NCBI GenBank assembly: GCA_013416795.1
Contig: RQSC01000026.1
Location: 438,941-502,940 of the forward strand
Origin: Prasinococcaceae sp. CCMP 1430
Lineage: Eukaryota > Plantae > Prasinodermophyta
Length of the DNA stretch: 64,000 bases
Reading direction: 5' to 3'
Every line of letters starts with the position of its first letter. Position 1 is the stretch's first letter. Positions 35,701 to 47,752 of the stretch are shown in pieces. The position numbers were made by a program, and so were the translations under genes. The notes beneath the pieces were generated by a model that did no database searches, had not been told where the DNA came from, and was given only the letters and a program-made list of their open reading frames with translations.

Positions 35701-37058
35701 GCGGCCGGCAAGCACGCAAGCGCGGTGTCCAGTGCGCGCAGCTCAGCAGCCAGCGCTACCGCGAGTGCACGCGAAGCAAGCGCCGGCGCAGCGGTGGCGG
35801 CGGCGGCAGCACTCTCGAGCGCGCGCCGCCGCGCGGACGCGACAGCCGCGTCGCCCAGCAGCGAGCGCGACGCCGACGCCGACATTGACGTCGATGCTGA
35901 CGTGTGCGCTTGCGCGAGAGGAACTGCGAGCAGGCTCGAGGCATTGTGCACGCCGGCGAGACCATCAGTCACGCCACGTCTCACGTGCGCCGACTCCATG
36001 CCTTCCGCCGCTCCGAGCCGCATGCGCCCGAAGAGCGCGCTCGGCGCCGGCGCTGGCTCGTCTGTGTTCAGCACAGGAGCGAAGCTGGCGCCCCCACTGA
36101 TGACTGCCGCGCGCTCCTCCCACGTGACGGCCGCGCGGGGCTCGCGCACTGGCAGCGCGTCGGCCGCGGACGCTGCCGACAAAAGCGCGATCGCCTCGCA
36201 TCCTCCATCGGATGTGCTGTCGTCTAGGGCATCAGCAGGCGCGGCCGCGCCTGTGGCCGCCCCAGCGCATTCGTCTGCAGAATGTTCGCTCGCAGCACGC
36301 GCCGCGCCGCCGCCGCGCGTCTCTGCCTCTGTATCAAAGAGCTGCCGCGTGACGAACGACTCGCCACGCAAGAAAACGAATTGCTCGGAGCGCACGAGGG
36401 CGTCGAGCGGCGACAACTTCTTCGTGTCGCCGGCGCTCTGTTCTCCGGGGCCGGCCGCCGCGCGAAGGAAGGCCATGCCTGCGCCGGGCGTCGCCGCGCA
36501 GAGCGCGAGCGCATCGAGTGCGTCGCGTGCACCACGTGCGTTCACATCGATGGGATCGATGTCGGGCGAGGAAGGCAGGCTGGGAAGCGCCGCGAGCGTC
36601 GTGTCGGGATCCTGCTCGGCCGTGCGCAGCGCGAGCTCCACTCCGCACCCGCGCGGCGCGTCGTCGAGCGCGGCGGCGAGCACCCCCTTGTCACGCGCGG
36701 CCGATGGCTCCGCAGCATAACCCTCCTCACCGCGTTCGCACACGCGTGCGGCAAGCGCGAGCGCCCGGGCGTCTTCAACGCGGGAGGGTGTCACACCTCC
36801 AACGTCGGAGAGCGCCAGCAGCGTCGCGATTGCCGCATGCGCACCGCGCTCGCTCAGCACGGCCGAGCCGCCCGCGGCCCTCGCCGAGTCGGCGTGCCGC
36901 GCGCGCCGGCCGCTCGCGCCCCGCCCCGCGCGCAAATTACCCCCGCGCCGACGCGGCATCCACCCCACCCCAAAAACAGCCCAAAACGGCACGTGAGCGT
37001 CCGCCATTGGCCCATTGGATACTGCAGTAATTACGCGTACGTCCTCACTGGATTCCAT
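32784..37058 (-). CDS. Gamma-tubulin complex component (Spc97/98 family), GCP6-like; start uncertain
   Basis: GRIP1 (PYAAMLREWLATGSCEDPHDEFFI) and GRIP2 (LAAHLGAIRLVALMRAGD, VISQEAIEVYSELMRF, HFVRAFREHV, HREYL) are separated by a large coiled-coil insertion, as in GCP6. Confidence 0.82.
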   Translation of the reverse strand: MESSEDVRVITAVSNGPMADAHVPFWAVFGVGWMPRRRGGNLRAGRGASGRRARHADSARAAGGSAVLSERGAHAAIATLLALSDVGGVTPSRVEDARALALAARVCERGEEGYAAEPSAARDKGVLAAALDDAPRGCGVELALRTAEQDPDTTLAALPSLPSSPDIDPIDVNARGARDALDALALCAATPGAGMAFLRAAAGPGEQSAGDTKKLSPLDALVRSEQFVFLRGESFVTRQLFDTEAETRGGGAARAASEHSADECAGAATGAAAPADALDDSTSDGGCEAIALLSAASAADALPVREPRAAVTWEERAAVISGGASFAPVLNTDEPAPAPSALFGRMRLGAAEGMESAHVRRGVTDGLAGVHNASSLLAVPLAQAHTSASTSMSASASRSLLGDAAVASARRRALESAAAAATAAPALASRALAVALAAELRALDTALACLPAASGTHIGADQPLSMLQTSLHTEGARAHLRSLHVLMCSSGSGEAPPVASCFGSSASLIDALHARASRATPDFAPTARRLLGAALRPYAAMLREWLATGSCEDPHDEFFIEQACGDAGEQARLHLEGARRPPALLRGVAGLALAAGLQVRVLAAFAPTRPLAERLGELAGASANASLPLDADEPTLLASRTVLGAAAAARSAMCERFFVGRRARRTALASTEAAALSAHRAAVLRAVRAGERRAQLRAAAARAARRGDVAAVASIATLSLENSRAAADALREARGLSLRTTGAEGFGTAGDAAAVRARDDLAAGDTPSVQQAVASASRLMMESHEAWMRALDAAEARAEWRRLRYEAAGARLQRGLQARGGSDGRGAGDLDAEAERAAEDAILALGDDDFVTLTRGSTGPDETHLRVAADFRANDVAVVGGDGNETAHSVVNTGQDETAELDALAGAEEEALHSHTAAVVRQMAPSAAPPRVSDAPLAPLEAALGASIVAEAHLWHASASECVLRLLMDEQRLAAHLGAIRLVALMRAGDAAHELTTSLEARCCGADATGRPTPGEAELANMLEAAMRGSSVDQGSAEEVHRAHALSRPGAHMDGRTEALAQAEGDLAMARCSIGWVGGRAPAIVDRSSLHAFDALRFDYDTRSNGGDGGEGASACGALSTVISQEAIEVYSELMRFQIAAARAQAATDATFSELSAAERFLAARERTAARRLRGAPIAEREAAERAARALRGRLHRVQRYRHEAAHFVRAFREHVGMQLAGVCWSELMAALSRARTLGCVVKAHREYLEEAKVRCLLADDQAAAREAVESVLQGAISLHRLCDAAARQAERLAGDAGAGAGAATMAALADTGEYAAICEAHARFTDSAEFLYALLEQVASRQRERGGEVQDGGAGAGGLMLRLDYNQWVTRTALGHAVSDGCQDGGAAASTHVGAQAAAGGAGASAHFFTPMPAPAARNNFSR

Positions 37059-37964
37059 AATAACCGCTCCGCCCCGCGCGCGCGCGCGCGGCCCGCCCCG
37101 GCCCCAACCCCAACCCCGTCCCGACGAAAACACCATTCATTCGAACGCATCACGCGTCGTGTATAGACCCTGGTAACGACTCACCTTAATGAAAACGCGC
37201 TTCCGCGCGCGCGGCGCCCCCACCCGGGGTGGGGCGTTAGTGGGTCCCGCGGGCGGGCGCGCGCGCTCGCGCGGTGCGTTTTGATGGGGCGCGGCGCCTG
37301 CCGGCGCCGCGCGCGCGCGCTCTGCCGCTGCGAAAAAAAAAACTTACTGTAGTTTTCGAACCCGACGGCGGCGGCGGGAGGCGGCGAGCGCCCGCCTCGA
37401 TCGATCGATCGCGGGCCAGCTCAACGAACCAACGACCCCTGTCGCAGCCGGGGCGCGCGCGCCCGGAGACCGCCGCGGCCGTCACGCTCTCGCGAATGAA
37501 CCTAGCATTTGACCCGCCCGCGAGTTGCGGCGTCGCCTGGCTGGTGGTGGGTAGGTGGGTGGTGACGACTTTCTGTCTGTGGTGGTAGGGGTGGTGGTGG
37601 TGGTGGTGGTGACGCGCGCGACGCGCGGGCGCGCCGGCCGCCCCATGTAAACCTGCATCGAAGCGCGTCCCTCGGCCGGGAGTCCGGAGGACGACGACCT
37701 CATTTGTGCGATCATTTGATCCAAAAAAAGGAGGCAATGCCGGCACCCCACCATCAGCTCTTTTCTGCCCTGTCTGTGCGGCGAAACGTTGGGGGGTGCG
37801 GCACTCCGTGTGCGTCGCGGCGCGCTCTCGGCAACCGCCTCGCCGTCCTTGCCGCCCACCCCCTACCTCCGGTCGGTGCAGCGACGCGCCGGGGCTCACC
37901 GCGGGCGGCCGCGTCTCTCGGCGCGCGCGCCCCTCGGCACGCGCGTGCGTACCGCCGCGTCGCC

Positions 37965-39456
37965 ATGTCCGACGATGGCGACAAGAAGATAGATATGGCC
38001 GACATCTTCGGCGACTCGGACTCGGACGACGACGGAGCCGCGGCGCCAGACCTGGGGGCGGATGGCGGGGAGGACGCCGAGCAAGTGTTGGCTGAGCTCG
38101 CGGACTCCGACGACGATGGTGCCGGCGCCGCTGGCGCCGGCGCGGGCGCTGCACCGCGCGCCGCGGCGCCGCCCATCGAGTTTGACGCGCCATACGAGCC
38201 CAACCCTAGCGCGGACGAACCCGGTGGCGGCGACCTCTCGCTCGCGCGCCTCACGAACGTGATCGCGTTCGAGGAGAACCCGTTCGATGCGGACACCTTC
38301 GAGAAGGAGGAGGAGGTCGTCATCGACCCCGAGACTGGCGCGCAGCGCATGCGCCTGCGCTCGACGAACGTGGTGCGGTGGAGGGTGAAGGTGCGTGCGC
38401 CGCGCCGCCCACGCTCCTGTGCCCAACCTCGTGAGAGGAGGATGCTTGGCCGCTGAAGCCACAGCGTGACTGCGCGTGCGTGTGTGTGCGTCACGAACCT
38501 GGATCGATCGCGTACTTACGCTCTTGGCGCATGCGCCCTGCCGCCGTGCCTCGCAGCCGGGCGAGAAGCCGGGCGAGAAGCCGAGTATCGAAAGCAACGC
38601 GCGGATGGTGCGCTGGTCCGACGGGACCACACAGCTGCTGGTGGGCGATGAGGCGTTCAACGTGACCACCAATAGCATCGTTGGCGAGCACAACCACCTG
38701 TTCTTGCGCACGGCCACCGTGCTCACCGCGCGCACGCCGCTGGACTCAAAGCTCACCATCGCGCCTGCGGGGCTCAACACGGTGTCGCACCGGCGGCTCG
38801 CCGCTGAGCTCGACAAGCGACACAACAAGGGCAGCCGCGTGATGACCATGGCCACCTTCAAGGTGCGTGTGCGCGCTTAGCCAAGTGCGCTGCGCCGTTC
38901 AATTCGCCCTGCATTTCGTTCCCCGGCGATCGCGCACGCTCGCGGTCGTGCGCTTCTCGACGCTAACAGCCAGCGCGCCGCGCAGGATCCCGAGCTCGAA
39001 AAGGCAGAGCGCGAAAAGAGGCGCGCCGACGAGATCCGCGACAAGGAGCGCCTGGAACTTGACCAGGAGAACCTCATGCAGCGCGCGGCGCGGCGCGGGC
39101 GTGACGTGGCCGGCCACTTCGACGAGTATGACTATGACATGGAGGAGGACGACGCCGACGGCGCGGGTGTCAAGGCCGAGGAAGGCCCGCCGATGACTGA
39201 CGAGGAGCGCGAGCGACGTGCCATGCAAGCAAAGAGCGGAGCGGCTGAGGTCACACGCAAGCGCGCGGCGGCTGCCGAGGAGTTGGATGAGCTGGAGGAG
39301 GACGACGCCGGCGAGGCCGGCGGAGCCGCGGGCGGGCCCGTCGATTCGCTCTCAGACGACAGCGACGGCGACCCGCTGGCGGACGCCGACGACGCCCAGG
39401 GAGGCGGCGCAAAGAAGAGACGGCGCGCGGTCGCCATTAGCGACGACGACGAGTAG
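37965..39456 (+). CDS. LEO1: Paf1 complex subunit Leo1; exons 37965-38390, 38557-38862, 38986-39456
   Basis: DIFGDSD acidic N-terminus, PFDADTF, NVVRWR and ESNARMVRWSDGTTQLLVGDE (Leo1 signature). In-phase introns. Confidence 0.93.
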
Positions 39457-39727
39457 CGCTTTCTTACGCGCCATCGTGCGGCGAGCAGTGCCGCAGGCGC
39501 ACGTGCGGACACATAATAATGCATAGCGACGCGAATCACTGCTGCTGCGCTTTGCCAGCGCACGCGCGGACTGCACCTGCGCGTGCGAGCGTGCTCGCGG
39601 ATGGGATTGCAGTGATCATGAGCGCGCGGATTCGTGGTGAAGGTTGGAGACGAGTTGACACTATGAGCCGTGCGCACTGAGCTCGCACGCGCTCCCCCGC
39701 ACGCGTCCTCCCTAGCGGCCGAGCTCT

Positions 39728-40581
39728 CTAGCGGTCGAGCTCCTTGATCCAGGGGGTAAGGCAGGGCTCCCACTCGGTGATCTCGCCCTCCTTGAACCAC
39801 AGCGCGAGCTCGCGCTCGCCGTTCTCGGGGCTGTCGCTGCCGTGGACCACGTTGCGGCCCACCTCGACCGCGAAGTCGCCGCGCACGGTGCCCGGCTCGG
39901 CGTCGAGCGGGTTGGTGGCGCCAATGATCTTGCGGCACGAGGCGACCACGCCGTCGCCCTCCCAGCACATGCACACCACGGGGCCGCTGCAGATGTAACC
40001 CACAAGCCCGCCGAAGAAGGGCTTCTCGGACAGGTCCTTGTAGTGCTCCTCGGCGAGCTCCTTGGGCGTCTGGAAGAGCTTGAGGCCGGTAAGCGTGAAG
40101 CCCTTGCGCTCGAAGCGGCTGATGATCTCGCCCACCAGGCCGCGCTGCACGCCATCGGGCTTGATCATCACGTACGAGCGCTCAGTAGCGATCTGCGCGC
40201 ATGCATGTGTCGTTTAGTGCGTTGGCGCAGGCGCGAATCAGGCGCGCGTCGCGGTCAGCGTCGCACACACGCTGGCGCAACAGGCCTCGGCGCAGGCGCC
40301 GGGTGCTGGCGCGGGAGTCTGCCTTTTGGCGGGCGCTCACGCGCGCCCGCGCCCACACACGCGCGAGCGCTCGATTGTGCGCGCTCCAATCTCTCCATCG
40401 CCCACAGCCCTCCTTCCCCATTCCCATCCCCCCGGCGCGCACGCGCGCGCACGCTCTCTCCCTGCTCGCTGGCGCCGTTGCTCGCTCCTCGCGCTCAACC
40501 TCCTTGTTTTGGCTGCGCGGCGGGGCGCGCGGCGGGCGCGCGCGCGGCGGAGAGCTTCGGGGCGGAGCACATCGACGCCAT
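39728..40581 (-). CDS. NDK: Nucleoside diphosphate kinase, probably plastid-type with transit peptide; catalytic exon 40192-39728, 5' exon structure unresolved
   Basis: [28 protein letters not shown]...GATNP...PGTVRGD...[10 protein letters not shown]. The upstream [22 protein letters not shown] resembles a transit peptide. Confidence 0.93.
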
Positions 40582-41516
40582 CGCCGATCCGATCGAGCTA
40601 GGGGAAGGGGGTTAGGGGGGGGGGGGGCGAAGGGACAGGCAAGCAGCGCGGCGGTGTGGCACCCGCCACCACCTGCGCACACTCCCAAGCCCTCAAGTCA
40701 TCCGTTCGTGCGGCCGCACGACGACCCGGGTGGCCTCCAACCCAAACCATCGATCGGGTTAGAACTCCATCGCCGCGTCCGCGTTGGTACGATATTTTGT
40801 ATCGCTTCGGCGTTTTTTGTGAGCCCTCTTTTCGCTGCGGCGGGCCGCACGCGCACGCGCCGCACACACCCAACACAAACACACGTGGCGCGACAGGGCA
40901 GGGGCAGCGTGCGGAAAAGATGCGCACACGAGGAGCGACGAGGATACACAATTCTCATTTGTATGTACAACATATACACCCACGGGAGATTTGCGCGCGA
41001 GATTCCGCACGTACTAGTCTACTGGATCATCCTTCCGGACGGGCTGGCACGCGCGCGCGCATGCGCCGAGAGCGGCCGACCCCAGGAAACGACCCGGGAA
41101 CACCGCTCTCGCCGCTGTCTGTCGCCGTCGCATGTGCCGTTTGATGCGAGTTCAACAGGGTCTTCTCCTTTTTTTCCCCGCCAGGGAGCGAGCAGCTTCC
41201 GTGTGCGCGCGCGGCGCGCGCGGACCACATCGCGCGGCGGCCGCGGCAGCTGGCCGCGGCACACGCGGCGCGCCCCCTCTCCCCCCCCCTCTCCCCCCGC
41301 CCGCACGCCGAAGCGCGAGCCACACTCGTGAGGTGTAGGTTCGGGGGTGGGGGGTAGGGGAAAGGCGCTGACCCGCCGGCGGCGTTGGCCCCCTCCGAGC
41401 CGCTGGCCCCCGGTCCCTTCCCCCTCCCGCGCACGCACGCACGCACGCACGCACTCGCGCACGCACGCCGTCCGGCCCTGCCACGCAGTGGCGGGCCGGC
41501 GGCGACGACGCCGGCG

Positions 41517-44500
41517 ATGCCACTCCTGCGCGCCACGGCGTGGGCGAATGGCTTGCGCGCCGGTGCGGCGGCCGCCGTCCCAGCGGCGGTCGGCGTGGCG
41601 GCGGGCGAGAACGCCGCGGGAGGGGCAGTATGGGCGGGGTGCTTGCTGGCGTCCATCGTGGTGGTCATCCTTCACTCGCTCGACCCCTTGGTTGGCTCTG
41701 TGCCGTCCGAGGCCGCAAAGATGTGCGCGGGTGCGGCACTGGGGTCGTTCTTGGGGCTGGCTGTCGGGCAGTGGCAACCCACAGCGTGGCTCTTCTGCGC
41801 GCAGGTTGCGTTCGTCTTTGTCACCAACGTGGTTGGCTCCGCCCTCGCCGCGGCGGGCCTCGTTTCGCGCGGAGATGTCGTGCTCCCCAACATCTCGTTT
41901 ACAGTGGTGCGCACGCGCCGAGCGCGCGTTGGTGCTCTGATGCGCGCGCGCCTGCCCTGCTCGTGACGGTGCGCTGACGCGAGTCGGATTCGCGCCCCGT
42001 CATCGATGCATCGGATTGCATCCCATTCGATCCTCGTCGACGCAGGTTGTCTGGCGAGCGCAGCGAGGGACCGACTTGGGCGTCGCCTTTGACCACGGCG
42101 CGCTCGTCACCACGGCAATATCGACTTTCGTTGGCGTGACTGCGGGGGCGATTATTACGCTGGTGAGCTTTGTGACAATCTGGCCGACCAGCGCATCGGA
42201 CAAGGCGTTGAGACGTCTGGCGAGTGCAGCAGCGCGGTCTGCGAGAGTTACGGAGTTCGCATTCGGCTGGCAAAAGAGGGTGCACCAGCACCGCGCGCGG
42301 TCGGTGCCGATGGCGTCCATCGATCTCGATGCTGTCTACGTCTTCTCGAAGCTCGACCGCTGTCGCCAGGCCATCGAGGTCGCGCGCCGTGAACGTTTGG
42401 TGGGCGAACTGCCGGTCGTGCACGAGCGCATCTGGCGGCCAGCTCTGCCCGTGCCGCTCATCGACCCTGCCTCGCCGCTGCCAAATCTGGCGGAGGAGGC
42501 GCGACAGGCCCTGAGGCGCTACTGGCGCACAGCAGCGGTGATGGTGGCAAACTTGAATGCGGTCGAGGGTTTCATCACACCAGAGCTGGCTGAGCTGCTC
42601 AAAAGGCGCTACCGCTCGCCCGACGGCACGCCGCTGCTGGACGTGCTGGACGTGAGCATCCCCGCCGCAATGAACGAGGCGCAGCGGGCCTTGGAGTCGC
42701 TCGCGCGGCGCGGACATCGCGGCGGTGATAGCAGCAGCGGAAGGGAGCCGGGGAGGGGCGGAGGCTTTGCGCTGTTCAGGTCGAGAAAGGTGGATGCGTC
42801 GGGCTGCACCGATGTCATGAGGACGCACATTGCAGCGGCGCGTCATGCGCTGCTGGACATGCAGTCCAGCTGGAACGAGCAGCAAAGAATCGAGGATAAT
42901 ATCATCTACGCGCAAGCCACACGAGCGCTGTGCGCAACCCGAAGCGCCGCCTCGCACGGCGAGGACGAATTGAATCACTTGGATTGCCCCGCGTGCGGCG
43001 CCGATGACGTCACTGGCGGCTCTGCGAACGCGCACAATGACGGCGGCATCCACGTTGTTTCAGATGAGGCAAAAAACGGGTACTGGCCGCCACCTTCCAT
43101 TGAGCAACCCCCCGAGCCCGGCAGCCGTAGCAACGGCGAGCGAAGTGACGGTGGCGGCCCGCGCTCCGCTGCTCAGTGCTACGCGACGCCCTACTGGCAC
43201 CGTGTGATGTGCGAGACAAACCTGGCCATGATGCAACTCACGCAGTCTACGTGGGAGCGGCACGAAAAGCTCCTAAATTTTAGGATGCTCATAGTCCTGT
43301 CGTGCAGCTTGTGTGACGAACTCGAGCGCCTTCGTGTGGCCATTGCTGACCTCGTGGCATGGGACGCTGGCGAGGAGGCGCGCCAAGACACCCAGCGCAT
43401 GATGGCGTGCACCGATGTACACACGGGGGCTCTTGCTGCTAGGCATTTCGATGGCCATGCAAATGGCAACGGTGCCTTCGCTTCGGGCGGCTATGAGGCG
43501 GTGCCTGCCAAAACGAGCTCGCCATCTCCTCCTCGCAGGGCCCAGCTGCCGCAGAAGACACCCAGCATCCTGTCTGCTGAGCGCGATCTGTTCGGCGGAA
43601 GGGGCTACAAGAGCGCGAGAAGACCGCGTGGGCCATCTGCGCTGCACGCCACCTCCCTCTCGGCCTCGCGATCAGCGAGCAACACTCAGCTCAGTCAGCT
43701 GCCTTTGCCCGATGTGGAAGACGGATGCGAGAAGGAGACAGACGACGAGGGGTCGCCGACGCCAGTGTCAGCGCCGATGTCATGGCACAGTGTGCGCGCG
43801 ATGTTGCTTGGCGCGTCACGCGCAGCGAAACAGGCGCTCTTTTCGCCGGCCAGCTTCGGCCACTTCAAGCAAGGCTTGCGCCCAGCGCTCGCTGCGATAC
43901 CTCTCACCGCTATCGGTTTCTGGGCATTGGACAGCGCCAGCGCGAATGCCTACCAGGCTGCGCTCTGGTCAGTCATAACTCTTGGGGTCCTGTCGCCAAA
44001 CCAGGCGCTGGCCAGCCTCGCGCTCAAGGCCTTCGAGCGCTTGGTAGGCACTATCGCCGTGGGCTTCCTCTCGGGGGCGATCGCCCTTCTGCACAACCCG
44101 TACTGGTTCGTGGCCTGGCAATTCCTCATAATCGCCCTCGCGACTTCCGTCTTCAGAGCGCTCGAGGCGCCCTACGCGGGCGTCGTCTCGGGCTTCACGC
44201 ACATCGTCATATCGTTCGGCGCCTACACTGCAGGCGACTCAATCGAGCTCGTTTCGGCCCGCATCGTGGGTGTGAGCTCGGGCATCGTGGCGATCCTCCT
44301 CGCGGTCCTCTTCGTGATGCAGGAGTCCTCCTCGCAACGCGCACTTGACCTGTTGCACTCGGTTACCCGGGCGTCTTTGCTGTGCGTGGCCGTGTCTGTG
44401 GACACGTGCACTGGCGACGACGATGGCCTGGCCTCTGTGGCACACAGGGTGGAGAGCGAGGCGCCAGTCTCGAGGCGGGTGAGCGGCGGGCGCGAGCCAC

Positions 44501-45702
44501 CTGCCGCGGTAAAAAAAGCAGCCGCCGTTCCGGCGTCCCCGCGCTGGAAGTCGTTCCTGTCGATGGCAACGGCAATGCAAGAAGCGGCGCAGGAGGACAC
44601 AACAGGGGCGGGCGGCCCATCGGCAGGCACCGGTGGAGCAGCACAGGCGCTCGACCACGCGTGGGACGCGTACGGTGGAGAGCTCTTCAAGGCCGTGCGC
44701 ATGTTTGATGCCGAGGTTCAGATGGCCGGCTCCGAGCGTCTCGCATGTCGTTGCCGTGGCGCGGGCTGCGGCAGCGGCGCCGGACGAGGGCATGCAGAAC
44801 CCTTCTACTGCCCGTTCCTTCCATACTGGGGCAGAATGAAAATGAATGAGGAGCGTTCACGTGGGCACGACGAGCATGAGAGCTCTACCATTGACCTCGA
44901 ACGCGCCGCTGCGGGCAGCATGCACATACCCGCGCACCAACCCGCGCCTGCAGATAGCCGCGCGCGCCGACGCAATCGGGCGCGTGGCCTCTTTCCCGTC
45001 GCGGAGGTCTGGCGCGTCGAGCGTCGTCTCCTTCGGTGTTTCAGGGACTCGATTGTGCTCGTCAGTGTCATGGGTCATACGCGCCTCATGGCGCCCGAAG
45101 TCGAGGAGGCACTTGGCATGCTCTACGGCGACAGGCGATGGATGCGCGCCCTGCACGACGGAATTGTCGGGGCACTCGTTGGCATCGTCACCGAGGTCGA
45201 GCGCGTGTCGCAGGGGGGGAAAAGCGCTGGAGTCGATCCCAGTCACGCAGGTGATGGGGAGGGAGACTGCGTGAGCTGCGCGGCCGTCCGTGAGCACCTC
45301 AACAGCGCCTGGCGGTCGCTCGAGGGCGTGACCGCCGCGCACGTGCATGTGCTGGCCGAGCTCGATGCGTTGCAGCACGAGCGCTCGCTCGAGGTGCTGG
45401 GCCGAGGGAAGGGGGGCGGGGCTCAAGGTAATGACGCGACCAACGGCGACGACGCAGGGGATCGTGCGGCCGAGGTCGCGTCTGAGAGCGCCAGCAGGGC
45501 CTCCCCAGCTCTCGAACTCGACCGCCATCGCCGCGCCGCATGGTTCGCCGTGTTGCGACTGATAGAGCTCAGCAGCAGCCCGGCCGACCACCACAGGCGC
45601 GTGCTGCGCTCGCGCGCTTTTATTGCGCTCATGCGACGCCTGCTGCTGGACCTGGGCGAGTTCGCGTCCGCGGTGGAGGATCTCGCCAGCGCGGCGCCGT
45701 AG
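41517..45702 (+). CDS. ALMT/FUSC (aromatic/organic acid exporter) family membrane protein with two tandem TM modules; exons 41517-41906 and 42046-45702
   Basis: Module 1 ends ITLVSFVTIWPTSASDKAL. Module 2 has WSVITLGVL...LKAFERLVGT...ARIVGVSSGIVAILL. Each module is followed by a helical soluble domain. Confidence 0.75.
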
Positions 45703-46757
45703 CGCCCCGTGGTGGCCATGGCTGGCTCGTGAACGATCCGAAGTTCTCTTCGGCCGCGGCCAAGTCAACGATGGTCACGGCGTGGTGTCGAGCCGCGCCA
45801 GGCTTGTCATTTCCCGCCGGCGGGGAAAATAAAAAAGTCGTGCTGATTTTGCTATGTTGACCGTGTTTTTTACGGTTCGGAAAGAGTCGATGAGTGCGCG
45901 TGCATTGTGACGGTACGTTTGCCGCATGGGACAGGAAAAAACGGATGTTCGACCAAAATGTTTTATTTAAAAAAGCAAAAAAGAACGACCCGATAGATTC
46001 GTTTTGACATCCGTGTTTTTTTTCTGAGATGGGGGAGGCCGCCGGCACTCTTGACAGGAGCGCGCGCGGTTTCGTCCCCGCGACCCGCCGGCTTTTGCCC
46101 ACCGGCCGAGGGGCGGTTCCCCGACCGATGCCAAGCGGGCCGGTTCCCCGAGGCGGCGGCGCGCGCGCGCGGGGGGGCTCGGACGGGCGCGAGAGAGCGC
46201 GCCACGCGGTCCCAACCCGGGCCAGCCAGGGTGGCGCGCGCTCACGCGCCACCCTGGCTGGTCCGAGGGCCCCGGCGGCCGGGCCGCCTCGACTCCTACA
46301 GAACAGTGTACGAAAAAGCCTTTCAGAGGGAACTGACCTTTCGCCTCTGCGCGCAGCTTTCGGTCGGGGAACGGCGCGGCGGGCGGCAGAGCCGTCGCGC
46401 GGGTGACGCCCGCGCGCGATCGGTTCCCCAACAAACACCAAGGCTGTCATCAACACGCCCCCCACCGAGCACGCCATCAAAGTGCACAGGAAAAGCGGAT
46501 TGCGAGCCCACGCGAGGCGCTCCACGTGGGGCGCGATATTTGCTCGCACGATACACTTTTGCGTTCCCCGGTCGCCCGCTGGTGGGCGTGTGCCTGACAC
46601 GCGCCCAACTCCACGCACGGCACGAACGGGCACGCGGGCGCGCGGCCTCGCCCGCAGCGCGGTGCATGTTGAAAGATACAGGTTAGCCGAGCGCGCGCGC
46701 CGCCGAAAGGGCGCGCGCCTCCGCACCGGCCGCGACGGCGCGCGTGGCGGGCACATN

Positions 46758-47752
46758 TCTACTCCAACGGCAAGAACTCGGCGAAGGGCTCTGGCCTGCG
46801 CACGCTCCAGGGCATGGCCCAGAAGGACCTTTCGGCCGAGCCGCTGGCCACGGGCTTCGTGACGCTCTACGGCGCCACCGACTTCCTGGACACGTACATG
46901 GTTGCCGCGCTCGACGGCACCGGCGACTTCGAGGGCATGAGCGACGACGTGCGCGTCGTGGCCGCCAAGAAGAACATGCAGGCCATCCTGGTGCTGTACG
47001 CCAACCACGAGGCCGTGGAGGCGCTCGAGCAGGCCGAGCTGGGCGTGGCCCTCAACGCACCCAAGGCGTCGGGCTCCAACAACATCTACTACGACGAGTA
47101 CTACGCCTTCTGGTACGGCCTCACCGGCGAGAACGCGCCCGCCGAGGTCACCCGCAAGAGGGACGCCGACTTCGGCACCGACGTGCTCGGCGAGGCCTTC
47201 GCCTCCTTCGCGGCGGGCCGCGAGGCGGCGCTCGATGCCGACGTGGCCGGCATCGAGGCCGCCCAGGAGGAGATCAGCGCGGGCTTCCTCAAGACCTTCC
47301 TCCAGGCGACCCTCAAGTACAGCTACAAGGTGCAGGCCGGGACCGGCGACGACGGCGACTGGGCCGAGGGCTACACGTACTGGCGCGTCGTGTCGGGCAT
47401 CGTGGCGGCCGAGAACCTCGCGGCCGCCAAGGCCATCGACGAGCTCCTGTGGCCGGCGCCCAGCCGCGACGCCCTCGCGGATGACGTGTACTGCCAGATC
47501 AAGTCCAAGATCGAGGCCGCCCTGCCCATCAAGGGCGTGACCTACGCCGACCTCGGCGAGCTCACCCAGGACCACGGCAAGGGCATCGTCATCTCCGCGG
47601 ACGCGTGCGTTGCCTTCGATGAGGAGGAGGAGGAGGCGGACAGCCCCGCCTCGGAGGAGGAGGAGGAGGCGGACAGCCCCGCCTCGCGTGCCCAGGTCAG
47701 CCTGCTCGGCGCCGCCCTCGTGGGCGTGGCGTCCGTGGCGCTCATGCTGTAG
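46758..47752 (+). CDS. FEA1-like low-iron-inducible iron-assimilation protein with C-terminal hydrophobic (GPI/TM) anchor; 5' end cut by N
   Basis: YSNGKNSAK..RTLQG, KRDADFGT and FLQATLKYSYK...AEGYTYWR motifs. Acidic spacer then a hydrophobic tail LLGAALVGVASVALML*. Very high GC3. Confidence 0.72.
47621..47686 (+). repeat. Perfect 33-bp tandem duplication (EEEEEADSPAS x2) inside the FEA1-like CDS
   Basis: gaggaggaggaggaggcggacagccccgcctcg occurs at 47621-47653 and 47654-47686. Confidence 0.9.
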
